A DNA stretch of 64,000 nucleotides from Fimicolochytrium jonesii (lineage: Eukaryota), in assembly GCF_025526975.1 (NCBI RefSeq), contig NW_026515687.1, positions 62,001-126,000 on the forward strand. Direction: 5' to 3'. Both the position numbers and the translations under genes were made by a program. This document shows positions 27,086-37,800 of the stretch, one piece after another (position 1 is the stretch's first letter; every line of letters begins with the position of its first letter). The notes below the pieces were generated by a model. That model was not told where the DNA came from. It searched no databases and saw only the letters and a program-made list of their open reading frames with translations.

Positions 27086-29325
27086 ATGGCGGACCCACTC
27101 AACGACGACTTTTTGAACGATTCTTCACCGCTGGATATGAGGAGCGGGCAGACGCCCAAAACTCCGCTAGAAAGGCAACAGGTTCAAGATGATTTGGCTA
27201 TGATATCCTGCGGTTCATTTTTTGACCCTCCAATGATTTCAGTTTGATAGATCATCACAAAGCCGCCCACCAACCAGCCGCATCTTCTCGCGCGAAATCG
27301 CGGACAAACCACCCCTCCATCCATATGACGACTTATACACCATGCCTCCGAGCTCCTCCACCCCACCACCCAAACAGTCCATCTCCCTCAAACAGAAATC
27401 CAGCCCGGCACGCCTTTTCGTTGCACCCGTGAAGTCCTTCGGCGACTGGATGAAAGATAGAGGCCGCGTACCCAATACCAAAACGAAGGAAGCCGTACCT
27501 GCTGGAGATGACGTGCAGGCTAAGACTGCGTCGGAAGGAACTGCTGTCGACCGGGTTCGGAAGGAGGAGAAAACAGAGCCTGCTGCTCTTCCGCCGCCAC
27601 CAATAGACGAACGCGTGCCGTCCCCACCTTCTGTGGTGCATTCAGCCGAATCCCCACACGACACTCTTGAGATCAAACGAGAGCAGACGATGTCGCCTCC
27701 TTCCGTAGCCTTGGCCGCAGAACCAAACCATACCCCGACGGCCGCCACAATGAAGTTGGACGACACCCCAGAGCCCGAACCGGAACCGGCGCCGCAGAAG
27801 GCGCGCATTTCGCCGACATTCCCGTATCCCAATGAAGAGGCACTGATTCCGCAATCACCGATAAACGCAATGCCGAAACCGCAACGACAACAATCATCAT
27901 CGGCCAAGATCAAAACTGAGCCAGTTGGTGAGAAATGGACCGCGGGCCAGCCTTCTCCTTGTGTCAACCCTTCACCGTCTAAACCAGCCCTCGGATCTGC
28001 TGCAATCGCCCGCGACTCACCGACCATGATGTCCCCAGGCTTTCTGCACGGAACCGCGCCACCAAATTCCTACAAAACCGTCGACGACAGCGCACTCGAA
28101 TCCGGCCACACTTTCACAAAGAAAACCGCAAACGTGCCCGCACGGCCCCAGTCGGCCTACGGCATACTGACCCCGGTAAAGCCGGCGGCAATGGACCCGA
28201 AAGCGATCGCAGACTTTGACCCTCTTCAAAAGAACACATCCGAGAACGACTGGTTCCTGAAATGGGATTCGCCACAGGCGGTTCCTCCAGCTGCTGTACC
28301 ACAATCTTCTCGGACACCTGCGAAACAGAGATCGATGGGCAACTTGACGAGTCCACCGCCGTCACTACTGGATTCCGTGATCGAGTGTCCGACGCCGAGG
28401 AGTATTCCAAGGTATTCGGAGAAGGATGTGCAGGAGAAGATTCGGATATTGCGCGAGAAGGTGGGTGAAAGAACGTGTCAGTGTGAATCAATTTGGGCTG
28501 CTAAGATGACCTCCGTACAGTATGAATCCCAGTTCGAGATAGTGCGCGCATCAATATTGCAGGAGGCGAAAGACGAACATGACCGGAGGTGGAATAAACT
28601 CAATGAGGACTGGGAACAGTTCAAGGATCATGTGAATGGTTAGCCTGCACAGTGGGCAGAGCGGATTCCATGTCGCAATGCGGGTTCTGACGCCGTCTCT
28701 TATGTTTCCGTATATCAGAGCTGCGCAAAACGGAATTAGAGAACGCGCAGATGGAATACGAGCGCCTGTACACGCAAATGAAGACCGTGTACGATGACAA
28801 GCAACGGCTCGCAAAAGAGAACGAGTTGTGGGAGGTCAAGAACAAACAGCTGCAGATGGATGTAACGGATATGCGTGAGGTGCGTGGGGGATGTTTTGTG
28901 CTTGGCCTGGTGGGGTAGATTGAGGAAGGACTTTTTCTTATGTGGGGTTTTGTTGGGTTGCGCAGTCTACGAAGAAATTGATGGCCCAAATCGATAGTCT
29001 GAAAGAAGACTTGAGTGGCGCTGAGGGGCGGTATACGCACTTGCGGGAGTATGCCAACCAAAAACTTGAAGAGTGAGTTCACTTTGCTCAAACTACATCC
29101 CTCACTGAAAGATGGTTGCTAATTCATGTCTTTCACAGAGCAAACACAGAGTTAGGCCGCATGCAAGACGAACACGAGCAGGAGGTTTCGACCCTGAAAG
29201 CTAAATCGATGCGGCAGGAAGTGCAGATGCGCACGTTACAGAGGTCGCTGGAGAGTAAAGAGGCGGAGAATTCTCAGCTTTCGAGCATTGTTGATAATTT
29301 GGTGATGCGGCTTGAGCGGAAGTGA
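27086..29325 (+). CDS. TACC (transforming acidic coiled-coil) family protein
   Basis: Ser/Pro-rich N-terminus, then spliced coiled coil ending LREYANQKLEEANTEL...LQRSLESKEAENSQLSSIVDNLV, matching the TACC C-terminal signature. Confidence 0.82.
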
Positions 29326-29363
29326 CACTGGCCTGTTTTTATACAAGTTGCCTTCATCGGCGA

Positions 29364-29438
29364 CGCCTCAGACAGAGGTACAATGATGTGGATGGCAGAT
29401 AACCACCACGGAAAATGGGATGGGGTGAGGATTCTAGA
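29364..29438 (-). ncRNA. Candidate Fanzor omegaRNA (scaffold hairpin plus flank-derived guide)
   Basis: After the Fanzor stop: UUUUCC, hairpin GUGG-UGGU/GCCAUCCAC (29388-29409), element end CAUCAUUG, UA, then flank CCUCUGUCUGAGGCG. Position matches known TnpB/Fanzor omegaRNA layout; the 5' limit is unknown. Confidence 0.5.
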
Positions 29439-32338
29439 CTACCTACGGTTACGGGAGAATGCGTCTGGTCTGCGGCCATCAACGCCAAACACCACCGAAC
29501 GCACAATTGAGAGGAAATTCTTGGTGCTTAGGACGTCCCGATTGTGCACTTTCATCCGTAGTGGTCGTCTTCCAGCAATCTCAAATGGCGTCCAGTCTTG
29601 GTTGATACATTCGGGGTTGGGGCAACCCACCAATCCATGGACGAATTCCATTCTTCCTTTTCTAGCTTGCCACGGCCGAGATGACAGCCGGCGTCGGATG
29701 TTTTTCTTCACATGGCCGTGGCAGTCGGGGCACATGGACGACGTTCGATACTCATCTAGCAAGTAGCATGGAATGCTGTTTCTTGCAAAGAGTGTGCGGA
29801 ACCTGATTTCCATGATGAGTTAGCATATTATAATACATAAAAAACAACGATGGCCACTCACCCTTTGGTCTTTGTTGACTCCTGAAAGCGCATGGTTCTT
29901 CCAGCGTCGCTCCAATCACCCAAGATGACCGAAAAATGCTTTCCATACAGGCGTCGCATGTTCTTGATGAGTTTGCTCTCAGACTTTTGCCGCAGTGAAA
30001 ACGCCTTGAATCTGCGAGCCACATGAATCTCATCCTGGTAAAACTCATCCAGGGCGGGATCTGGGATATGGATGTCAGCCCATGTATTACCAAAGTTGAA
30101 AATCAAAGTTGAAGTAGAACATCATACCCGCATGTTCGTAATCCACGATGAACGCTGAGAACGCCTGAATGTTCATGCTCTTGTGCGACGGAATATGTGA
30201 TTCCATCTCAGCAATGCCGGGCATTGATCTTTCGCTCCGTCATGTCTCGTTAAAAATGCCGAGACTTTGTCTCGACCGCCCGTTGATTGGATGTGTATCT
30301 GATATGGGGTGATGCATTGTGAGAACGCTGCAGTGGAATGTCGCTGCAACGGGGATGGTGGGGAAGGTGACGGAGGGGATGGTGACTGGGGGGATGGTGA
30401 CGGGGGGGATGGTGGGGACGGGGATGGGGACAGGGTTGAGGAGGGCGTTGATGGGGATGGCAGGGATGGCGGAGGCGGCGACAGCGGCGACAGTGGCGAC
30501 AGCGGGGAGAGCGGGGATAGCGGCGACAGCGGGGATAGCAGCAACAGCGGGGACAGCAGGGCAGTAGTAATCAACTGAGACGTACCGAAATGGCCGCTCC
30601 TTCTTGATGTCTCGACAGAACAAGAGGTCACGCTTGCCTGGATCAATGCAGACGATGTTTGGAGCCTCCCGTAGTTCGGCGATGTGGTGCTCAAAATACA
30701 GCTGCTTGACTTCTTCCTGCATTTGGGCCTTGCTGCGCTTCCGGGCCCGATGCCCATACTTGAGCCCTGGCTTCTTAAAGTGGATGGAAACGGAGTACCC
30801 GTTTGTGCTGATTGACCCATCAAATTTGAGACTAAGCTTCTTTCTATGCTTGAAGACCTTGTCCTACAATCCGTCATTCAGCAAGGTAATCAGATTGAAA
30901 TAAGCGCAGAAGGATACAGACTTACATTGATATTGAGAAACTGCCCCCACAGCTCCCGCTTGCGTTCATCGGTGAATTTCCCCATGCAACTTCGGCCCAA
31001 GCCCAGGATATGGGTGCCTAGGATCAGCGTGTCGATCCAAACAGATGACTGGATTCGAGATTTGTGCAGCAGGATAGCCGAAAACAGCCGCATTCCACGG
31101 CGCTCATAGAGACGTGACAGCTCACAATACGCACCTGTGATGAGGCGAGGCAGGTGCGGACCATCATTAGACAAAAGAGGAAGCGGGGGGGGCCGGAAAT
31201 ATACTAACTCACCTGAATATGGCGTTGCGTCCACCGCAAGGCTGTACGCAAGTGGCTCATCCTGGGGAGGAAACAGAGCCCATAGCTCGTCGAGGACAGT
31301 CCGCTCAAGTCGTGTGAGGCGCGCAAACTCCTCTTCGGTTGGAAACTCTTCAAACGTCGCATACTTTGTAAACTGACGGACACGCTGATAATAGTGTCGC
31401 CGCTGCGCTCGGTTGACTCCGGCTCTACGGAGATGCAGTACGACTTGCTTCAAACCAAGCCTTTCATTGACATAGCGCAGAAACATTTGCATGAAATGCT
31501 CCTGTACGTTAACTTTGAGGTTTGTGAGGATGCTCTTAGCTGTGTACGCTGCAGTCTGTTGGCAGTTTTGCATGCGGATGGGGGCGAATCCGTGAACATC
31601 ACAGTAGCCTTGAACCCGTGGACGCAGCTCTTGCGCGATGACTGGATTGCCATTGTAGCCTGGATTGTTTAGCAGCTCAAATATCACACTTATGTGCTTG
31701 TCGGTGATGTCTGGGAAATTGTGTAGAGGATGATCGGCTGTGGTGGGCAGACGTAGCAGTCAGGACATTGTTTGATGGGAAATATACAGTTTAGTGAACC
31801 TCAAAAACTCACCAAGGTAGAACTTGAGAAAGAAGGTGGTGCGGCGCGCAAGGATGTGAACATTGCCGATGAATGTTGTCAAGCGCTCCCTTTGAACTTG
31901 ATTTTGATTATGGATGATTTGGTGAAGCAAAACCTTGGTGCTGGCATGTGTCTGCGGGCGGGGTCGTTGAATTGGTGGTGGTGGTGGTTGGGGCTCATAC
32001 ACCAGGGATCCACCCGGTGTGCTGGGAAAACGGAAAGGGATGGGAGCAGGGAGGTTCAGCGGACGCTGCAGACCCCTGTCCACGGGTGAAAGCCCTCGCT
32101 GCTGGCGCTGCCCATCTTCATCGCCGGAACTCTTGCTAACCATGTCTGCAATTGCTTGGGGCAAGTGGCGCTGGACAGAAGGTGGGAAATCAAATCGCAG
32201 GGGTTGCAATGGTGTCTGCACAGCGGTTGGCAGATGCAGGGTAACGGGAGTAACCTTCCTCCTCTTCCGCCGTGGTGTGGTAGCTCCGGTAAAGATGCCA
32301 CACCACAGGCGCCCCTGGAGCGCCTGGTGTGATGACAT
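29439..32338 (-). pseudogene. Fanzor1 (TnpB-like RuvC RNA-guided endonuclease), 6 introns, one frameshift and one premature stop
   Basis: Spliced product has FDGSISTNGYSVS, RuvC-I CIDPG, FRYTSNQR..ETK, ILGDWS, RuvC-II LLDEYRTSSMCPDC, second Zn pair CPNPEC and RuvC-III NRD. Introns 31738-31812, 31135-31212, 30864-30925, 30299-30585, 30061-30127 and 29803-29861. Extra base at ~30252 and in-frame TGA at 30240-30242. Start uncertain (ATG 32338 or 32143). Confidence 0.9.
30340..30562. repeat. G-rich 9-mer/15-mer microsatellite inside Fanzor intron 4
   Basis: Repeats of GGGGATGGTGAC.. and GACAGCGG(C/G) units. Confidence 0.85.
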
Positions 32339-32523
32339 GATGGCTGTGCTGTGCCGAGACAGGTGTTGCAGGCGATTGCCGTGATAGCTGTGTGTCAAAG
32401 AACTCGCATCAGTGCTGTCTGACAGCGGGGAGGATTTACAGCCTGGCGCAGTCGTGGCGCAGTCGTGGCTTGTCCACTGCTGATCGCCGCGCCTCCAAGG
32501 CCGCACTCTCCTCCTCTCACACG

Positions 32524-32987
32524 AAACGTCAAGCGCTCGCAGCTCACGCAACTCACGCAGAGCGCACTCTGAGCATGGAAACGTCAAGCGCTCGCAGCGG
32601 ACAACAGGCCCCTCACCCCCCTGGCCAACACCCACCTCCCTCCAGCTCAAGCGCGGCAACTCACGCAGAGCACTCTCTGAGCATGGAAACGTCAAGTGCC
32701 AATGAGGTGAGTCACTCGGCTGCTGTGCAGCCGCGGGCGTCTCCGCTGGGTGTTGACCGCCTGATCTCGCGGCCCATGTTGGGCACAACCGCCGCTTGTG
32801 GGAGGTCGACCTGCATGGGCTGTGCTGTCTGGGCGTGTTTGCCATACGCTGATCTCGCGGCCCATGTTGAGCACGACCGCCGCTTTGCGGGAGGTCAACC
32901 TGCATGGGGTGCGCTGCCTGGGCATGCTGCTGTGCGCTGGCCCATGCTGAGCACAACCGCCGCTTGCGGGAGGTCGACCTGCATGGG
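32524..32987. repeat. Two families of dispersed direct repeats in the Fanzor/TET divergent intergenic region
   Basis: GCAACTCACGCAGAGC.C.CTCTGAGCATGGAAACGTCAAG twice (~32549, ~32657) and AAACGTCAAG three times. A ~59-nt unit CTGATCTCGCGGCCCATGTTG.GCAC.ACCGCCGC...GGGAGGTC.ACCTGCATGGG at ~32761, ~32849 and (partial) ~32939. Confidence 0.85.
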
Positions 32988-33080
32988 ATGCGCCGCCCTG
33001 GTTGCGATCGGGCTAGGTCTGCTAACGCCTTCCCTTCCCCCACGCCCCCGGTCGCACCCACCGCGGTCGAGGCTCTTCTG

Positions 33081-34337
33081 ATGGGCATGGGCGAGACCCG
33101 CGCCACAGCTATCTTCGGTGACACGGTGGCCTTTTTGTATCCGCTGCTGGTAGACGCCGGCCTTGCCGCCCGGAACGCCAGCCTAGAAGACAAGGCTAAG
33201 GCGATTGGCCTTTTTTCACAGAAGATCAAGCAAGACAACCCCACCCTTTGGGGTTGGTGGATCAATAGGCCAACGCGCTCCCGTCACCAGAATAAGCGCG
33301 CCAAGCACCACATTGGGCTCCAGTCCGGCATCATCACCGCGATCAGCGATGGCAGTCTGACCACGGCCAACTTCTCAGTCGACCCCCAGCCCTCCGCTAG
33401 CCGCCCGGCTGTTCACATTGTGGTGCCAACGCCCGCCTTGTGCGATGGCTGGGAGGGCAAGATGGTCTATGCGGGGTTTGGGAAGAGGCCGGCGAAGGGG
33501 AGGGGCCTGGATGGGCTTGAGCAAATTGAACCCCAGGCGGGGGCCCACATCCACATCCGCGACGAGCACGGCGCCCTTGTGGCCACAATCTCGTACAATA
33601 GTGCGGGTCATCGCAAACACGATCTGCGGCTGGGGCTCATCGTCAAGTCCTGTGGATCCCGGTCGGCTGCGGTTCGATGGAGGGCCTCAAGGGGCACAAT
33701 GCACGCCGCGGGGCTTCGTCGTGGCAACAAGAACTTGGGATATGCCAGGGGGACATCGCACTATTCAATGAAAGGAGGGGCAGACATGTCCGCAAAGAAG
33801 TTTCTCGTCGCAATGGAAAAGGCCTTCACCAAGCGACTGCTGCAGGAGCTTGCCAACCGCAACCCCACCGCGGCGGCCTACCTGATGATGGCCATGCCAG
33901 AGGTGTACGGGCCAAATTCCGATGAGTTCCCCCCGCTGTTCGCCACCACCAACTATCAAGTGGTTGTTCACTCCGACCCGTCGGACAACGGTGCAGCCGT
34001 CAAGCTGAACCCGCACACAGGCCGCGCCATATGGAAGCTGACCCCCAAGGAGGAGCTTCCGGAGGAGCTTCAAGCCCGCAAGCTATGCGCGCAATGGGCG
34101 GGAGGCTACGCCGCTGCTCCGGCAACCGTCATCGGCGAGTGGGTATTTGCGCTGCCAGAGCAAGGCTTCTACTTGGTGCTGCAGCCCGACTGCATGTGGA
34201 CGAGGATGCCTCACAAGCTCCACGGAATGGCGGTGCTTGACACGTCCAGCGGCAGTCGCCACACGGCTGTTGTGACGCTGCCCTTGGCGACGGCCGCGGC
34301 CATCCAGAAATACGGCCTCCCTGATGAAGATGAATAA
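33081..34337 (+). CDS. TET/JBP-family 2OG-Fe(II) dioxygenase, intronless, apparently intact
   Basis: GTMHAAGLR, FATTNYQVVVHSDPSD (HxD), FALPEQGFYL, LHGM (distal H) and SRHTAVV (2OG-binding R). Aligns motif by motif with the second copy at 46.3-47.2 kb. Start uncertain (ORF open from 32904). Confidence 0.75.
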   Translation: MGMGETRATAIFGDTVAFLYPLLVDAGLAARNASLEDKAKAIGLFSQKIKQDNPTLWGWWINRPTRSRHQNKRAKHHIGLQSGIITAISDGSLTTANFSVDPQPSASRPAVHIVVPTPALCDGWEGKMVYAGFGKRPAKGRGLDGLEQIEPQAGAHIHIRDEHGALVATISYNSAGHRKHDLRLGLIVKSCGSRSAAVRWRASRGTMHAAGLRRGNKNLGYARGTSHYSMKGGADMSAKKFLVAMEKAFTKRLLQELANRNPTAAAYLMMAMPEVYGPNSDEFPPLFATTNYQVVVHSDPSDNGAAVKLNPHTGRAIWKLTPKEELPEELQARKLCAQWAGGYAAAPATVIGEWVFALPEQGFYLVLQPDCMWTRMPHKLHGMAVLDTSSGSRHTAVVTLPLATAAAIQKYGLPDEDE

Positions 34338-34876
34338 TGTTATGATCTCGACGACTGAGGCGGAAGTGAAGTAGAGAAGACAGGGCGAGAGTGGTAGGCG
34401 ACAAGAGATTGTATTGGCGAAACAAGGAACAAGGACTAGAACAGGAGATGAGAAGAACTGGTGTTGATCTGCTGGGGAGGAAGGGAATGGACGAAGAGAG
34501 GCCGGCTATTTATAGACAGGCAACCCGGCAGATCAGAGAACAACAACAACAAGAGGGGACTGGGGGGGCGCCAGCTATGCTCCTAGAGCGTGCGTGGCGA
34601 GCGTAGAGAGCATTGCTACAGCTGCTGGCTATGGGGAAGTAGTGGAGGGTGTGGAGAAGCCGAGGGGGGATTGGCGAAATGAGAGGAGAGAGGAGGAGTG
34701 GCGATACTGCAAGAGGATTGATGAAATGAGAGGAGAGAGGGGGAGTGGCATTGACATTGACATTGACACTGACATTGACACTGACATTGACATTGACATT
34801 GGCGTTTGACATTTGGCGGTTGACATTGGCGGCTGTCAGTAGGTAAGCTTATGGTATGGGCGCATTGTCCATAACA
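34338..34876 (-). repeat. LTR A (539 bp)
   Basis: TGTTATG...CATAACA termini, TATA box, internal (GACATT)n tract. Confidence 0.95.
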
Positions 34877-34888
34877 TCACCCCTCTCT

Positions 34889-37800
34889 TTAGCGGCGGCG
34901 GCGGCGGCGTCGAGTTTGGTGTGGCCGCAGAGGAAGTGCTACGGGGACAGAGGAAGGCTTGTTGGGGTACGCGCTGTGGAAGTCCTGGAGGAGTGCGTCG
35001 GTATGGGTGAGGTGTTCCACGGGCTCCCAGGTGTTCTCGGAGTCAGGCCAGCCCTGCCATTTGACTAAGTACTGAAGGCGACGACAATGGATGCGAGAGT
35101 CAAGGATGGCTTCGACAACCCACTCTTCTTGACCCTCAACGGTCTCTGGGGGCGCGGGTTCGGGTTCGTGTCGTTCGGGGATGGTGAAGCGGGGTTCGAG
35201 GAGAGAGACATGGAAGACATCGTGGATTTTGTACGTAGGCGGGAGCTTGAGCCGGTAGGCGACAGGATTGATTTTTTCAACGATGGGGAATGGCCCAATC
35301 TTGCGATGGTCGAGTTTCTGAGAGGGCCGGGTTGTCTGGAGGTTTTTGCAGAGGAGCCAGACGTGGTCGCCAGGCTTGAAGTCCGGTCCAGGAATTCGTT
35401 TAGCGTCGGCGTAGCGCTTCATTTGATCTTGGGCTTCCTTGAGCTCGAGGGAGAGCTGTTCATGGACTCCCCTGATTTGTTTAGCGCGGGCTTCAGCGGC
35501 GGGGTTGACGGATTCGGAGGTAGCAGAGGCCACGAAACTGAAGCGGGGGTGGAGACCCTTGTTGGCGTAGAAGGGGGTGGTCTGGGAGGCGGACTGGTGG
35601 GTGTTGTTGTAGGCGAACTCGGCGGACGACAGAAGCTGTTTCCAGTTGTCCTGTTGGTGGTTGCAAAAGCATCGGAGATACTGCTCCAGGATCTGGTTGG
35701 TGCGTTCCGTCTGGCCATCGCTCTGGGGGTGGAAGGCCGAGGAGAGGTTGGCTTTTGCCCCAAGGAGTTCGAGAAGTCGACGCCAGAACCGGGACTTAAA
35801 CTGGGGTCCTCGGTCAGAGATGACGTCGTCGGGGAGGCTGTGGAGACGGATGATGTTGTGGAAGACTAGGTCGGCGGTGGATTCGGCGGATTCTGACTCG
35901 CTGCAGGCAATGAAGTGGGCCATCTTGGTGAGGCGACAGTTGACGTTCAGGATGGAGTTGAACCCGTCGACGGGAGGCAGACCGGTGATAAAGTCTAGGG
36001 ACCAAGATCCCCAAGGGCGGGTAGGGATACTGTTGGGCTGGAGTAGGCCATATGGTTTGTGTCGACTGGATTTCGCTTGGCTACAGGTATTGCAGGACTT
36101 GACGTAGGCCTTGACGAAGCGCCACTGGCTGAGCCACCAGTAGTTGCGGGAGGCAAGTTCGAGCGTCTTGGACATCCCAAAGTGGCTGGCTAGGGGTGTA
36201 TCGTGCATGTCGTGGCAGACTTCAGCTCGGAGCTCGTTGGTGGGGACATAGACCAGGTTATCGTGCAGCAGGATCCATCTCCATCTGAGAACCGCTTGAT
36301 ACAATCTTGGGTTTGCTCGGTTCGTTGGGCGAGGGGTATCTTGAGCTTCTTGCGAATGGTCTTAGCGAGGGGATCAGAGGCCTGGGCGGCCTTAATCTTG
36401 TCAAGCAGCGTGGTATTCATGGGTGTGAGGTAGGCCGCGGCGAGTCGAAGGCGTTCGGGAGTCAGAATTGTGGTTGCCTGGGAGCGGAACGCTCCTTCCC
36501 CCTCTTTCAGCTCATGTTCGGAGCGTCGGGAGAGGGCATCGGCTTGGTGCTGCTGGGAACCGGGGCGATAGGTAATGACAAAGTCAAAATCCGAGAAGAA
36601 TATCGACCAGCGGGCTTGGCGGCGGTTCAGGGTGCGGGTGGTCATGAAGTACTGAAGGTTTTTATGGTCGGAGTAAACGGTGATCTTGTGACGGGCGCCA
36701 ATGAGATGGTGTCGCCACTGGGCAAAGGAGTCTTGGATGGCCAGAAGTTCCTTGTCGTAGATCTCGTAGTTGATCTCTTCGGCCGTGAATTTGCGAGAGT
36801 GGAAGGCCACGGGGTGGAGCTGATTGTCCTGGTCAGGTTGGAGGAGAACTGCGCCAAGAGCGAAGTCGGAGGCGTCAGTTTCGACGACAAAGGGCTTCTC
36901 TGGGTCAGGGTGATGTCTTTCCGGGTCAGGGCTGTGAGCGGGGTAGCGATCTTGGAATAACCTTGGATGAATCGGCGATAGAAGTTGGCAAAGCCGAGGA
37001 ACCGCTGAACGCCTTTGACAGTCTTGGGAGGTTCCCAATCCGTGATGGCAGCGATCTTCGTGGGGTCCATCTGGATGCCTTTCTCGGAGATGATGAAGCC
37101 TAGGAACTCAACGGATTCGCGGTTGAATTCGCACTTCTCTGGTTTGGCGTACAACCCATGCTGTCGGAGGCGGGACAGGACTTCGCGGACATGTTTGGGG
37201 TGATCTTCGGGGTTCTTGGAGAATATCAGGATATCGTCGAGGTAGACGACAACAAACACATCGAGAATGTCGCAGAAGATGTCGTTCATCAGGTACTGGA
37301 AGACGCCAGGAGCATTGCTGAGTCCAAAGGGCATGACATTGTATTCGAATAGACCGTAGCGGCAGCGGAAGGCGGTCTTCCATTCATCGCCCGGGCGCAT
37401 GCGTAAGAGGTTATAAGCGCCGCGGAGGTCGATCTTGGTGAGGCGGCGGGCGCCGCGCAAACGATCCATGATACCGTTGATCAGGGGCAGGGGGGTAGCG
37501 GTTCTTCACCGTGATGCTCTTCAGGCCTCGATAATCGACGCAGAGGCGGAGAGAACCGTCCTTTTTCTTCACGAATAAGACTGGCGCACCGGCAGGGGAC
37601 TTTGAGGGTTTGATGAATCCTTTGGCGAGGTTTTCTTCGAGGTATTCGCAGAGTGCCTTCATTTCTGGTTCGCTGAGGCTGTAGATCGGGCCGAAAGGTG
37701 GCTGCTTGCCTTCTTCCAGATCGATTGGACAGTCGTAGGGCCGGTGCTCGGGGAGAGTGTCACCATTTCTCTTTTCGAAAACGTTGGCGAAGTCTTGATA

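Noticed and set aside
30173..30877. Pro/Ser-rich and Ala-rich ORFs overlapping the Fanzor gene
   Set aside because: They are translations of the intronic microsatellite; splicing restores the conserved FRYT motif.
32761..32987. Repeat-spacer pattern next to an RNA-guided nuclease, as a possible CRISPR array
   Set aside because: Only three degenerate ~59-nt units, the spacers resemble each other, there are no cas genes, and the context is eukaryotic.
32339..33265. N-terminal 300 aa of the 501-aa ORF 31760-33265 as part of Fanzor
   Set aside because: It reads through the repeat array and the antisense strand of the TET gene, and the composition is not protein-like.
34510..34826. Small ORFs with MSMSMS / NVNV / DIDID repeats in the LTRs
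   Set aside because: Translation artefacts of the (GACATT)n microsatellite.
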